From positions 6,315 through 70,314 of the IMG/VR virus record IMGVR_UViG_2915903177_000003: a DNA stretch of 64,000 nucleotides; one strand, 5' to 3'. Shown here piece after piece: positions 47,384 through 57,349 of this stretch. Within the stretch, counting starts at the first letter, position 1. The number at the start of each line of letters is the position of its first letter. The notes beneath the pieces were generated by a model. That model searched no databases. It was not told the DNA's origin and worked only from the letters and a program-made list of their open reading frames with translations. The position numbers and the translations under genes are program-made. The stretch comes from a virus.

Positions 47384-49966
47384 ATGAAAGAATATGTAGC
47401 CGAAACCGGCGGACGATATACCTATTCGGACGACATCCTGAACTTGCAGGAACTGGCGTTGAGCCTGAATGCCATCTTCGACGGATGTTCGGATTTCATC
47501 ATATCCGGATGCGGGACGGACGGTGCCAGAATCGCTCCAGGTTATGTCTGGCTCGGCGGCAAGGTTCGTCGCTTCGAAGGGGCCACGGACGCGGTCTATC
47601 CCTATTATATCTACGAGACAAACCGGCACGAGTCGGTAGTCTATGCCAACGACGCGAACAAATGCGGCCGTACCTGCTATCTCTGCGCCGGGAGTAAAAG
47701 CGTCCCCGACACGGCGGACGCCGTCACGGGAGCGCTCCCCGCCTTTATCGAAATCACGGAGGATTACGCTCCCCGTTTTATCGACAAGTTCTTCGGACGC
47801 TATGCCGTACTTTCGGACACGCCCTTCCCGCGTCAGACCGTGAAGAAGGATCTGGTACTGACCGGAACCTTTACCGGGCAGAAGGAAATCGCCTCGAAGA
47901 CGGCGGTGTCCGTCAGCGGCGGGAACGGCTACATGCTCAGGGGCATCGTCAAGGCGGACGGCAACGCTTCGCTCGGGGCCTACCTCAGCGGGCTTTTGAT
48001 CAACGAAATCGTCATTCACACGGACGGCACCTTCAGCTTCATGAAGCAGGGAAAGGAGCTGGCACGGATTACGGAGGACGGTATCCTGTACGGAACCTCG
48101 TTAAGCGACAATGCCCGCATCGGGGCTATCCGGATTCAAGGGTGCGATATGTTCAACGTGTCGGACGTTACGGACGAAGGGTGCGTGCGCGTCAACCGCT
48201 TCGGACTGAACGGCGGCGGTACGAAATTCCGTGACTTCGCGGTCTACGACGGCAAGGCGGGAAGTATGCCGATTTTGAAAGTCATCGGGAAGAATGCCAC
48301 CGTTGAGGTCGGCGGTCTGCTTTCGGTACGGAGTGCCGGTCGCGGTATCGATTTCTGTAACACGGCCTACACGAAAGAGGATCCGAAGCTGACAAACCTC
48401 CTCTCGTGGCGGGACAGTGCGGGAGTAGCCATCGCCGCTGTCGGTTACGACGCCACCGACACTTTCCGCTTTCTCGTGCGCAACACGCTCGGGGACATCG
48501 TTCTCGCACCGCAGGGTTGTGTCGATATTTTCGGCACCTTGAAAATCAACGGCAAGCCCGTCGCCGAGACCTATATTACCGTAACGGTCTATACCCAGGG
48601 AATGAAGGGCAAGGTGGACAAGGTGGCGGGCAAACAGCTCTCCACGGAGGACTTCACTACCGAATACAAGAAGAAGCTCGATGCCATCACGACGGGCACG
48701 CTCGACGGGGGCGATACGGGTTATGTCACCTCGGCAGCTGTTGCCGAAGCTTTGAAAATGAAGCTGTCGGCCGGCGAGAACCTGCTCGACGTGATGGACA
48801 AGGCGGCCGCCCGCCGCAACCTCGATGTCTACTCCAAAGCCGATGCCGGGAGCGTGTTCCTGAAAATTACGGAAGGATTGCAGGAGCTGGTGCGTCTTTC
48901 GGCCGCGGAGGTCAACTCGCTCTCTGCGGAGGAGGCCGCGGCGTTGAAAGCCCGGAAGCAGGCGGCTGTGCGGGACACCCTCGATGCCGAGAAAAAAGGC
49001 ACGGGAGAGCTGAAGCTTGCCAAGGCATCGAACCTCTCCGACGTGCAGGACAAGGGCAAGGCACGGGGGAACCTCGAGGTGTACTCCAAGGCGGAGATAG
49101 ACGACCTGCTGGCCGGAAAGCTCGGCACGGACTCTGCCTATGACGGCGTGGTCTTCACGGCGGAGCTGCGGGACAAACTGCTGGCGATAAAAAGCGGCTC
49201 GTTCGCTTACACGGACGAGGACGGGAAGTCCCACACTCAGGTCGAGGGTTATCTCTCCACCTCCCAGGTCGTGAAGCAGCTCAGGCTGAAAGCCGAACGG
49301 CTGATGACGGGCTACAACGCCTCGGAGCGGGACACGATCGCCGAAAATCTGAATTTCTATACCCGCACGGTATCCGACAGCCGCTATGCCCGGGTGGAAA
49401 ACCTCTTTCAGGATTATATTACCCGGCTCGTATCGCAGGGCAAGACCACGGCACAGGCCCAACAACTCCTGCGGGAGAAGCTGAACCTGCTCTCCAAGGA
49501 CGAGGTGGTCAGGGAATATTTGCGCAAGGATGCCAAGCTGGCCGACCTTGTGCTGGGCGGCACCGAGGCGCAACGTCAGGTGTGCCGTACGCTGGGGGCG
49601 GCTTTTGCAGCGGATTACCAGCCCGTACTCACGGATACCGGCTGGCTGCAGATGGCCGGCAGCGGTTCAGGGACGGACACCCGTAACCTTTTTATCCGCC
49701 AGATCGGTCCTGTCGTCTCCATCCAGGGCTCCGTCAACACGGCATGCCGGGACGGGAGCAACTGGGGCGGCATCGTGGCAGTCATCCCCAACACGGTCCA
49801 GCCGCCCAAATACAGCGTGCGTTGCGCAGCCGCGAACTGGAACGACGACCATAAGTACAACCGTGGTACCTCCTTTGTCATCTATGGCGGTTCCCGTAAA
49901 GTACAACTCTACGAGAGCGGCATGTACAACGTGAATGTGGAACTCAACTTTACTTATTTTGTATGA
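47384..49966 (+). CDS. Baseplate-attached tail fibre protein
   Basis: 860 aa. KVDKVAGKQLSTEDFT, repeated NLxDV..K..AR.NL.VYSK, and DTGW C-terminal tip domain. Confidence 0.75.
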   Translation: MKEYVAETGGRYTYSDDILNLQELALSLNAIFDGCSDFIISGCGTDGARIAPGYVWLGGKVRRFEGATDAVYPYYIYETNRHESVVYANDANKCGRTCYLCAGSKSVPDTADAVTGALPAFIEITEDYAPRFIDKFFGRYAVLSDTPFPRQTVKKDLVLTGTFTGQKEIASKTAVSVSGGNGYMLRGIVKADGNASLGAYLSGLLINEIVIHTDGTFSFMKQGKELARITEDGILYGTSLSDNARIGAIRIQGCDMFNVSDVTDEGCVRVNRFGLNGGGTKFRDFAVYDGKAGSMPILKVIGKNATVEVGGLLSVRSAGRGIDFCNTAYTKEDPKLTNLLSWRDSAGVAIAAVGYDATDTFRFLVRNTLGDIVLAPQGCVDIFGTLKINGKPVAETYITVTVYTQGMKGKVDKVAGKQLSTEDFTTEYKKKLDAITTGTLDGGDTGYVTSAAVAEALKMKLSAGENLLDVMDKAAARRNLDVYSKADAGSVFLKITEGLQELVRLSAAEVNSLSAEEAAALKARKQAAVRDTLDAEKKGTGELKLAKASNLSDVQDKGKARGNLEVYSKAEIDDLLAGKLGTDSAYDGVVFTAELRDKLLAIKSGSFAYTDEDGKSHTQVEGYLSTSQVVKQLRLKAERLMTGYNASERDTIAENLNFYTRTVSDSRYARVENLFQDYITRLVSQGKTTAQAQQLLREKLNLLSKDEVVREYLRKDAKLADLVLGGTEAQRQVCRTLGAAFAADYQPVLTDTGWLQMAGSGSGTDTRNLFIRQIGPVVSIQGSVNTACRDGSNWGGIVAVIPNTVQPPKYSVRCAAANWNDDHKYNRGTSFVIYGGSRKVQLYESGMYNVNVELNFTYFV

Positions 49967-50023
49967 TGAAACGAATCAATGTGAGCGGCGATATCGAGAG
50001 TCGCCGGAGAATAGCCGGGAGGC

Positions 50024-50551
50024 ATGTCCCCTCGGCAGCACAACCCACCATTATTGCAGGACAAGATGAAACAGGGAAGGAAAACGGGACAGACAAGGAC
50101 GGTGAGGCGGACAGTGCCCCGAAGGCGCGAAGACGGAAGGCCGGCGGGAACCCTTAAACGGTTCCCGTTCGACGAGACCCGGCTGGGTTTCATGCTCCGT
50201 TACGAGATGCCGATAGTCTACTACCTGCTCCGGCGGCTCTGCCCCGGGCAGCAGCCGTTCGAGCCGGACTGGCGTGTCGTCGATTCCGTGGCAGGTGCCT
50301 CGAAGGACCCCTCGTACCGCAAGCCCAAGTTCCGCCGCTACCTGGAGGAGTACAGCCGGAACGGACTCTATTGCCGGCGGGGAAAGCGGCTCACACCCGG
50401 GCGCAAAGCCTATTACGAGGGTATCCGTCGCCGCAAGACGGAAGACTTTATCCGGCGGAACCGCAAGCGGCTCAGGAAGGAGCACGGGGAATTGCCGGAT
50501 GGCGGGGAATTGCTGCAGAATATAAAACGTATCGTTAAAAAGAAATTGTAA
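50024..50551 (+). CDS. Arg-rich hypothetical protein (start uncertain)
   Basis: 175-aa ORF overlapping a 64-aa ORF at 49963-50157. Confidence 0.5.
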   Translation: MSPRQHNPPLLQDKMKQGRKTGQTRTVRRTVPRRREDGRPAGTLKRFPFDETRLGFMLRYEMPIVYYLLRRLCPGQQPFEPDWRVVDSVAGASKDPSYRKPKFRRYLEEYSRNGLYCRRGKRLTPGRKAYYEGIRRRKTEDFIRRNRKRLRKEHGELPDGGELLQNIKRIVKKKL

Positions 50552-50617
50552 CATATTGATATAAAATGATTTGAAAAAACATCTAATTGCATCTATTGCA
50601 GTTCGAACCGTTTTTCC

Positions 50618-50625
50618 TATTTTTG
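50618..50625 (+). promoter_or_regulatory. Bacteroidetes -7 element (TATTTTTG) heading the replication operon
   Basis: TAnnTTTG match in an AT-rich gap ~200 bp upstream of ATG 50830. Confidence 0.55.
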
Positions 50626-50829
50626 TACCCGGTCGCTTCAAGACCCCCGCATATTATCAAATGAGTATCCCTTCCGCGGGATACGGTCAGCGAGACTCTT
50701 CTCCCAATCTTGTCAACTGAAACGGACGGTGCAACCGAACCCGTCCGCCCCGCATCCAGTTTCGGACGATACGGCATGTCTCCGTGTTGTCCCTTCGGGC
50801 ATTTTTAATCCATAAATTATCAAATTACG

Positions 50830-52104
50830 ATGCAAGAAGATTTGGAAAAGACGGGCGGCATGGAAGGCATGTCTGTCGAAGAGATGTTCCTCGGGATCCA
50901 GGAATCCTACGAGGCGGCGCAGCAACGGGCGCAGGAAGAGAACCGGGCATTCGCCCGCACGGAGTTCTTCCGCATGGACAAACCGGGTGTGTACAGGTTG
51001 CGTGTACTGCCGCTGGCGCCCAACGCGGACGGAACGGCCTCGCGTCCCGGGTACGAGTTCCCCGTACACCAGCTCCTGCTGGAGTTGGAGAAGCCTGCCA
51101 CGGGTAACAAGCCCCAGAAGATGTATGTCACCGTCACCCGTGCCACGGACGCCGGTTATTCGGTGGACCCCATCGAGACCTACCGCCGTCTGGCCGTGGC
51201 ACAGGCCAGGGAGGCGGGCGATGACAAGCTGGCCGAGAAAATCGACGGAGGGTCGTTCGGCGGCGGCTTGAAATACAACTACGGCCACTGCCTGTACATC
51301 TTCGACCTCGACGAGCGCGGCAAGGGCATCCAGATGATGACCCTCTCGCACGCCCAGTTCAAGGACCTGGACGAGCGCAAGTTCAAGCTGTGGCAGAAGA
51401 AGCTGCAGAAGAATCCGGCGTACCCGTGCCCGATCTCGTCGGTGCGTGACGCCTATCCCGTGGAGATAGAGAAGCGCAAGAACGGCTCAAAGACCGAGTA
51501 CGTCATCTCCATCGACAACGAGTCCGACCCGCAGCCGCTGACCGCGGAGGACCTAACCCTGCTGATGGGGGCTCCGCGCATTCCCGACATCATCTACCGC
51601 TATACCCGCTACCACTTAGGTGCCACCGTCGAGTTCCTCAAGCAATGTGACGCGCTCTACGGCATGTCGCTCATGGAAACGGATGACATGAAAGCGGTCA
51701 TCGACACGCTGGAGGGGGAACTGCCCGGGGAGGACACCTCGGCCTTCTCCTACGACCGCCGCACGAAAGACAGCAGGGAGAACGGGCAGAACAGTGCCGG
51801 ACGCATCTCCTATGACGACCTGAGCGACCGCCACGGGGAACTGTGCCGGCTGTCTCTCGGCGACCGTACCGAAGAAGGACAGGAGTTGCGCTCCCTGATC
51901 CGCGCTTTCATCGAACAGGAGGGATTGTCGGTTCGCGTGACCCGTTCCACCTCGAACGGCGAGCTGATGGACATGATCTATGACGAGATGATGGGGCCGG
52001 AACCGGAAAGCCACGAGCCGGAAGATCCCGAAGGGGAGGATACGGCACGGGAAGACGAACCGCTACCGACGGAGCGCACGGAGCGCCCCCGACGCCGCAG
52101 ATAA
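50830..52104 (+). CDS. Putative single-stranded DNA-binding protein (T4 gp32-like)
   Basis: YRLRVLP, IEKRKNGSKTEY, acidic C-terminal tail. First gene of the replication module. Confidence 0.6.
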   Translation: MQEDLEKTGGMEGMSVEEMFLGIQESYEAAQQRAQEENRAFARTEFFRMDKPGVYRLRVLPLAPNADGTASRPGYEFPVHQLLLELEKPATGNKPQKMYVTVTRATDAGYSVDPIETYRRLAVAQAREAGDDKLAEKIDGGSFGGGLKYNYGHCLYIFDLDERGKGIQMMTLSHAQFKDLDERKFKLWQKKLQKNPAYPCPISSVRDAYPVEIEKRKNGSKTEYVISIDNESDPQPLTAEDLTLLMGAPRIPDIIYRYTRYHLGATVEFLKQCDALYGMSLMETDDMKAVIDTLEGELPGEDTSAFSYDRRTKDSRENGQNSAGRISYDDLSDRHGELCRLSLGDRTEEGQELRSLIRAFIEQEGLSVRVTRSTSNGELMDMIYDEMMGPEPESHEPEDPEGEDTAREDEPLPTERTERPRRRR

Positions 52105-52171
52105 TCTTTCATAAGAAACAACAGAGAGTCACCCGACGGGAGGTCTTATGCCTCCCGTCATAATCTTCACC

Positions 52172-53248
52172 ATGCTTATGAAAGAAAGTTATCCCTGCCT
52201 GCTGCTACTGAACGACATACACGTGTCGAAAGACAATATCCCTGCATTCACGGCCAACTGGCAGGAGGCCCTCGATATTTGCAGGAAACTGGACATCCGG
52301 GAGATCGCCGTGGGCGGCGACCTCTTCTTCTCGCGTGCCGCACAGACGCTCGACGTGCTGCTGGCGGTGCATGACGCCCTGCTTGCCGCCGCCGGGCACG
52401 GCATCCATGTCACGCTGGCGGAAGGTAACCACGACAAAGTCAATCAGGAGGCTGTCAGAGGTTATTGCCATGTTTTCGACCGGCATCCCAACGTGCTGGT
52501 GTGCGACGAGTACGTGTCGCTGCCCGTGAGCGATGACTGCCGTTTCGTCCTTCACATGATGGGTTACTTTCCGGAGGACGGCTCGTTCTGTACACGTCTC
52601 GACCGCCTCAGGGAGGAAGCCCTCGACCCGGGACGGCTCAACTTCCTCTATATCCACGAGGGTATCAACGGGGCGCTGGCGCAGCCCTCCGAAAAGGAGC
52701 TGCCTGCCAAGATTTTTGAGGCGTTCGATAAGGTCTTTGTCGGCCACTACCACAACCGGTGCATCATCCCGAAAACCCGTATCGAGTACATCGGCTCCTC
52801 GCGTCAGCACAACTTCGGCGAAGACGAGGAAAAGGGCTACACCGTCATCTATGCCGACGGCACGCACGAGTTTATCAAGAACCGTGTGAACACACGTTAC
52901 AAAGTGCTGGACGTCACGGCGGAGCAGGCGGGACTGCGCCTGATGGACGAGCTCAGGGAGATAGACGCCGACGGCCGCTACAAGGTCAAGGTACGGGTGC
53001 ACGCACCACAGGCGGCCGTGAAGTCGGTGGACAAGGCGGCGCTTCTGGAGGCGGGCGCCACGAAGGTGGAGCTTGTCGCCGATGACGAGGAGATGCTTGA
53101 AACCTCCTCTTCGTCACTCTTCGAGAAATTCGACAGCCGCCGTATCCGCGAGACCTACGAGGAGTTCTGCCACGAAAAGCAAATCGAGGACGTGGCTGTC
53201 GGACTGGAATACTTATCTAAAATCGGGAACGGACCATGTGGAAATTAA
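52172..53248 (+). CDS. sbcD: SbcD/Mre11-like nuclease
   Basis: NDIH, GGDLF, GNHD and GHYH motifs, coupled to an SMC ATPase. Confidence 0.85.
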   Translation: MLMKESYPCLLLLNDIHVSKDNIPAFTANWQEALDICRKLDIREIAVGGDLFFSRAAQTLDVLLAVHDALLAAAGHGIHVTLAEGNHDKVNQEAVRGYCHVFDRHPNVLVCDEYVSLPVSDDCRFVLHMMGYFPEDGSFCTRLDRLREEALDPGRLNFLYIHEGINGALAQPSEKELPAKIFEAFDKVFVGHYHNRCIIPKTRIEYIGSSRQHNFGEDEEKGYTVIYADGTHEFIKNRVNTRYKVLDVTAEQAGLRLMDELREIDADGRYKVKVRVHAPQAAVKSVDKAALLEAGATKVELVADDEEMLETSSSSLFEKFDSRRIRETYEEFCHEKQIEDVAVGLEYLSKIGNGPCGN

Positions 53249-55560
53249 ATAACATAGAGGCGGAAAACCTGTGTGCTTTCCGCCATTTGTCGTACACCTT
53301 GCAGCAAGGGGTTACGACCCTGATTTTTGGTGACAACCGCGACAACGACTCCCAGCAGTCGAACGGTGCCGGCAAGTCCGCCCTGCTGGAGTGCATCGCC
53401 GTGGGTGTCACGGGCAGTCCGCTGCGCAAGATACGCTCGGAGGAGATTATCAACGATGCCGCCGGGGAGTGCCGCATCGAACTGCACCTGACAAACGACT
53501 TTTCAGACGAGGAACTTGTCGTCACCCGTCGCATTCCCCGTAAAGGGGGCTCGATGGTCACCTGCACGCTCCGGCGTGGCGGCAAAAAGGTAGAGACGGA
53601 CGAGGCGGTACAGCCTTCCGTCGATGCCTACAACCGGTACATCCTCGACAAATTAGGCATCACGCGCGACGAGTTGCTGAACAACTTCATCCTCTCGAAA
53701 TACCGGTATGAGGATTTTCTCTCCTCATCGGACAAGGAGAAGAAAGAGATTATCAACCGTTTCTCGAACGGCATCCTCGTGGACGAGGCCATCGCCCGCG
53801 TCGAGGAGGACATCGCACCGCTCGGTGACGAGCAGCAACGGATAAATCTCGAACTGGCCGGTATTGACGGCCGTATCGGGATGTTGCAGGAACAGATCGA
53901 CCGTGAAACGGCAGCGAGTGAAGAGCGCGGACGCACACGGGAGGCCCGCATTGCGGAACTGGAAACAGCCGTCACCACCAAACGTGGGCAGATACGCGTG
54001 CGCAAAGAAGAAATCGCGGGAATCAACTCGGCTATGGAGAAAGTCCGGCAGGCGGACGAGGCGTTGCAGGAACTGGAATCGTCGGACAGCTCATTGGAAG
54101 AATGTCTGAAATCCATAGAAAAGTTCATGCCGCTTTTTCCTGACACACGGCGTACGGACTGGAGTCTGACACTCAGGCTCAAAAAGGAGGATTTGGAGGT
54201 CGCCCGGGCCTCCCTTGCCAATCTTGATGCCGCGGTCAGGCATGCCGAAGAGACGCTGGCGGAGAAACGTGCGGCATGGGAACGGTTCAAGGCGGACCAT
54301 GTCGGCTTTTGCTCGCGGTACGAGGAACAGACGGCAGCCTTCCGGTCGCGGTTATTGGATATCGACAGGCAGTTGCGCGACCTTGCCGGACGTCTCGATG
54401 ACCTGCGCCGCAAACGGCGTATCGTCTCGGCCGGTATCGACGAGCTGTCCAACAAACTGGCAGGCACGATTACCTGTCCCGCCTGCGGCCACGAGTTTCT
54501 GGTGGCGCATCCCGGATTCGACATCGAGGCGGGAACAAAAGAGCTGCGCATGCGTCAGCAGCAACTCTCCGAGATTAACGGACGTATAGAAGCCGGAGAG
54601 CAGCAATCCGAGGAGGTCGAGATGCGGCAGAACCGCATCCGTGCCGAACGCCGCGCACTGGAGGATGACTGTCATGACCGGGAACAACGTCTTGCAGGGC
54701 ACGAGCGGGCGGTACGCGCCGCCACAGGCAGTGTCGAGAGCGCGGAGCATGACCGCAAGCGTGCCCATGCAGGGATTACCGCCCTGCAGGACGAGATCGA
54801 CGGCATCCGTCGGAAGGTCTTCGACGAGGTGTTCGGCTTTATCGACGAGCGTAATGCCGCACTCGGTCGGGAGAAGCGCAAGGCCGAAGAGGATATCCGT
54901 GCTGCCGAATGCGCCGTGGACACACTGAAAGAGACCATCCGGGAGGTGAACGAGGCCGCGACGACCGACCTGACCCGCTCGCTCCGTACCGCAATGAAAC
55001 AGGAGAAACAACGCTCGATGGAAACTGCCGGACGGAAGTTAGAGGTGGATGACCGGGTACGGGCCTTGGAGGTGCAACGTGAACGCTTCATGCAGTTCAA
55101 GACCTATCTGGCCAACACCAAAATCGAGGCGCTCAGCCGTATCACCAACGAGTTCCTGACAGGTATCGGCAGTGATATCCGCATCCGTTTCGACGGTTAC
55201 ACGGTACTCAAAAGCGGCAAGGTACGCGAAAAGATTTCCATATCGCTACTCCGTGACGGCGTGGACTGCGGCTCGTTCGGCAAGTTCTCCGCCGGTGAGG
55301 CGGCACGGGTGAACCTTGCCACCATCCTTGCCATGCAGAAACTCGTCAATGCCAACTGCGACGACGGGAAAGGGCTGGATTTATTGGTCCTCGACGAGAT
55401 ACTGGAGGCGGTGGACGAAGCCGGGCTGGCATCGATGTTCGAGGCGCTGAACGCGCTCGGCGGAACCGTGCTTGTCGTCTCGCACGGCAACGTGGCCGAG
55501 GGGTATCCCCACAAACTCGTAATCGTGAAGGAGCATGGAGAGTCGGGAATCGGAGAATAG
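53236..55560 (+). CDS. sbcC: SbcC/Rad50-like ATPase
   Basis: NGAGKS, coiled coil with CPAC hook, FSAGE, LLVLDE and VSH motifs. Confidence 0.9.
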   Translation: MWKLNNIEAENLCAFRHLSYTLQQGVTTLIFGDNRDNDSQQSNGAGKSALLECIAVGVTGSPLRKIRSEEIINDAAGECRIELHLTNDFSDEELVVTRRIPRKGGSMVTCTLRRGGKKVETDEAVQPSVDAYNRYILDKLGITRDELLNNFILSKYRYEDFLSSSDKEKKEIINRFSNGILVDEAIARVEEDIAPLGDEQQRINLELAGIDGRIGMLQEQIDRETAASEERGRTREARIAELETAVTTKRGQIRVRKEEIAGINSAMEKVRQADEALQELESSDSSLEECLKSIEKFMPLFPDTRRTDWSLTLRLKKEDLEVARASLANLDAAVRHAEETLAEKRAAWERFKADHVGFCSRYEEQTAAFRSRLLDIDRQLRDLAGRLDDLRRKRRIVSAGIDELSNKLAGTITCPACGHEFLVAHPGFDIEAGTKELRMRQQQLSEINGRIEAGEQQSEEVEMRQNRIRAERRALEDDCHDREQRLAGHERAVRAATGSVESAEHDRKRAHAGITALQDEIDGIRRKVFDEVFGFIDERNAALGREKRKAEEDIRAAECAVDTLKETIREVNEAATTDLTRSLRTAMKQEKQRSMETAGRKLEVDDRVRALEVQRERFMQFKTYLANTKIEALSRITNEFLTGIGSDIRIRFDGYTVLKSGKVREKISISLLRDGVDCGSFGKFSAGEAARVNLATILAMQKLVNANCDDGKGLDLLVLDEILEAVDEAGLASMFEALNALGGTVLVVSHGNVAEGYPHKLVIVKEHGESGIGE

Positions 55561-56020
55561 CGTCCTCACAAGGGAGCAGGTGCTGGCGTTGGACATCGCC
55601 ACACGCACGGGATACTTCTCGCTGCATGAGGCCGGGGTATGGAACTTCACCGAATCGAAACGGCGCAACGGCAACAAGATGCACGGCGCTTTCCGCGCGA
55701 TGCTTCTGGCATACATGCGCCGCTACGGCATCCGGCAGGTGGTGGCCGAAGATGTGTCGGTGAACCGCCATTTCTATGATCTGCGGCGTCTGGCGGAGCT
55801 GAGGGGGATTTTACTTGAAGTCTGCGACGAGCTGGACCTCCCCGAACCGGAGTTCGTCAACCCGGCGACCCTGAAAAAATGGGCCACGGGGGACGGCCAT
55901 GCCGACAAAGCGCAGATGATCGCCGCGTGCAAGAGCAGGTACGGCATCGTGCCCGTGGATGACAATGCGGCGGATGCCTGCCACCTCTTCCATTACTATA
56001 TACGCAGGTACAGATTGTAA
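55535..56020 (+). CDS. ruvC: RuvC-like Holliday junction resolvase
   Basis: LALDIATRTG, VAED, LKKWATGDGHADK and DDNAADA motifs. Confidence 0.82.
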   Translation: MESRESENSVLTREQVLALDIATRTGYFSLHEAGVWNFTESKRRNGNKMHGAFRAMLLAYMRRYGIRQVVAEDVSVNRHFYDLRRLAELRGILLEVCDELDLPEPEFVNPATLKKWATGDGHADKAQMIAACKSRYGIVPVDDNAADACHLFHYYIRRYRL

Positions 56021-56112
56021 AATGATTCGCATTTGAGATTCGGGGGCGGCGGAAAAGGCTGCCGCCCGCTTTTAATTGACGCTCACCGAAGCTGACAGAT
56101 TAGGACACAAGA

Positions 56113-56766
56113 TTGGTTATCAACTTCTTTTCAGTCAGTGAAAGTGTGGAAAAGAAAGACGTATTTACGGCGAATCCATCCGCAGGGGATGAATCCGCGA
56201 GACGGAGGGCGGCACTTCTTCGGAAGTATGTCATGCCCCACAGGAATCTGATATACAGTATCTGTATCAAGTATACCTTCAACCGGGAGGATGTCGAGGA
56301 TAATTACATGGAGGCCCTCACGAACTTCTTCAAGTACATGGACTCCTACGATCCGGCACGACCCGTGAAGACGTGGATATACGCCGTCACGAAGCGGCTT
56401 ATCGCCGACCTGAACTCCCGCAACCGCAGCCGGACGCCCCCGGATGACAACGTGGACATCGGGGAATTGCGTTCGACGCTGCTCTCCGACGACGAGCCGT
56501 CGGAAAACTGTATGGGCATGGACAACTACCGCGAGTTCTATAACGACGACATCCTCTGGGCGCTGGACCGGCTCAAACCGATTTATCGGGAAGCCTTCCT
56601 GCTGCAACAGGCGGGATACAAGATCGGGGAAATCATGGAGATCACCTACCGGAACGGGACGCTCCAGACCCGGAACATCGAGACGGTCAAGAGCCGTCTG
56701 TTTTTGGCGAAATCGCAATTGCGTAACCTTCTGACACGCGATGGAGAGAGACGAGTGGAAAAATAG
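56113..56766 (+). CDS. Phage-encoded ECF-type RNA polymerase sigma factor (start uncertain)
   Basis: Region 2 (LIYSIC...DVEDNY...SYDP...KTWIYAVTK) and region 4 (ALDRLKPIYREAFLL...GYKIGEI...TVKSRLFLAK). Confidence 0.88.
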   Translation: MVINFFSVSESVEKKDVFTANPSAGDESARRRAALLRKYVMPHRNLIYSICIKYTFNREDVEDNYMEALTNFFKYMDSYDPARPVKTWIYAVTKRLIADLNSRNRSRTPPDDNVDIGELRSTLLSDDEPSENCMGMDNYREFYNDDILWALDRLKPIYREAFLLQQAGYKIGEIMEITYRNGTLQTRNIETVKSRLFLAKSQLRNLLTRDGERRVEK

Positions 56767-57349
56767 CAGCCGGAGGCTCTTCACCCGCCTCGTGCGTGCA
56801 ACGCTCCGGGCGGATTTCGTCTTTCCCGCGGGCGGACGGGCTGACAGGGTGCTGGACGCGTGTTTCGATGCCTTGGCCCCGGTCAGCGCGGAGCGGCTGG
56901 CGGACTTCTGCATCTGCCAGGTTCATGCCATCTCCGGCTTCGGTGCCGCTTACCTCCGCCGGTGGAATGTCACGCACTCGTTCGGGAAAAAGGCTGTGGG
57001 GCGTTACCTGCAAGCGGATCGAAGACGAAGATATCACGAGGACCGCTGGCTGAAAAGCTTCTCCCTCTCACGTCGGGGGCTTTCGGCACTTGCCGAAGAC
57101 CGCAGCCACCATCCTTTCGAGCGCTTCCTCTATCCCGAATACGAGGAGACGACCAAACGGCGCCTGCTCTCCACCGAAGCGGGCTATGCCGTTTGCGGCA
57201 TGTCCACCTTGCTGTGGACGCCCTTCTCGCCCTCGTGCCGACGATGTGTGAATGCCCGGGAGTGCCGTTGCCGAACAGCCGCACGTTATCCCGAACTCTA
57301 CCGCATCCGCCGTGAGACGTGGGAAAAAGGACAGGAGGTACGGCCATGA
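56741..57349 (+). CDS. Hypothetical protein with C-terminal Cys cluster
   Basis: 202 aa, SPSCRRC...C motif, overlaps sigma and helicase genes. Confidence 0.65.
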   Translation: MERDEWKNSSRRLFTRLVRATLRADFVFPAGGRADRVLDACFDALAPVSAERLADFCICQVHAISGFGAAYLRRWNVTHSFGKKAVGRYLQADRRRRYHEDRWLKSFSLSRRGLSALAEDRSHHPFERFLYPEYEETTKRRLLSTEAGYAVCGMSTLLWTPFSPSCRRCVNARECRCRTAARYPELYRIRRETWEKGQEVRP

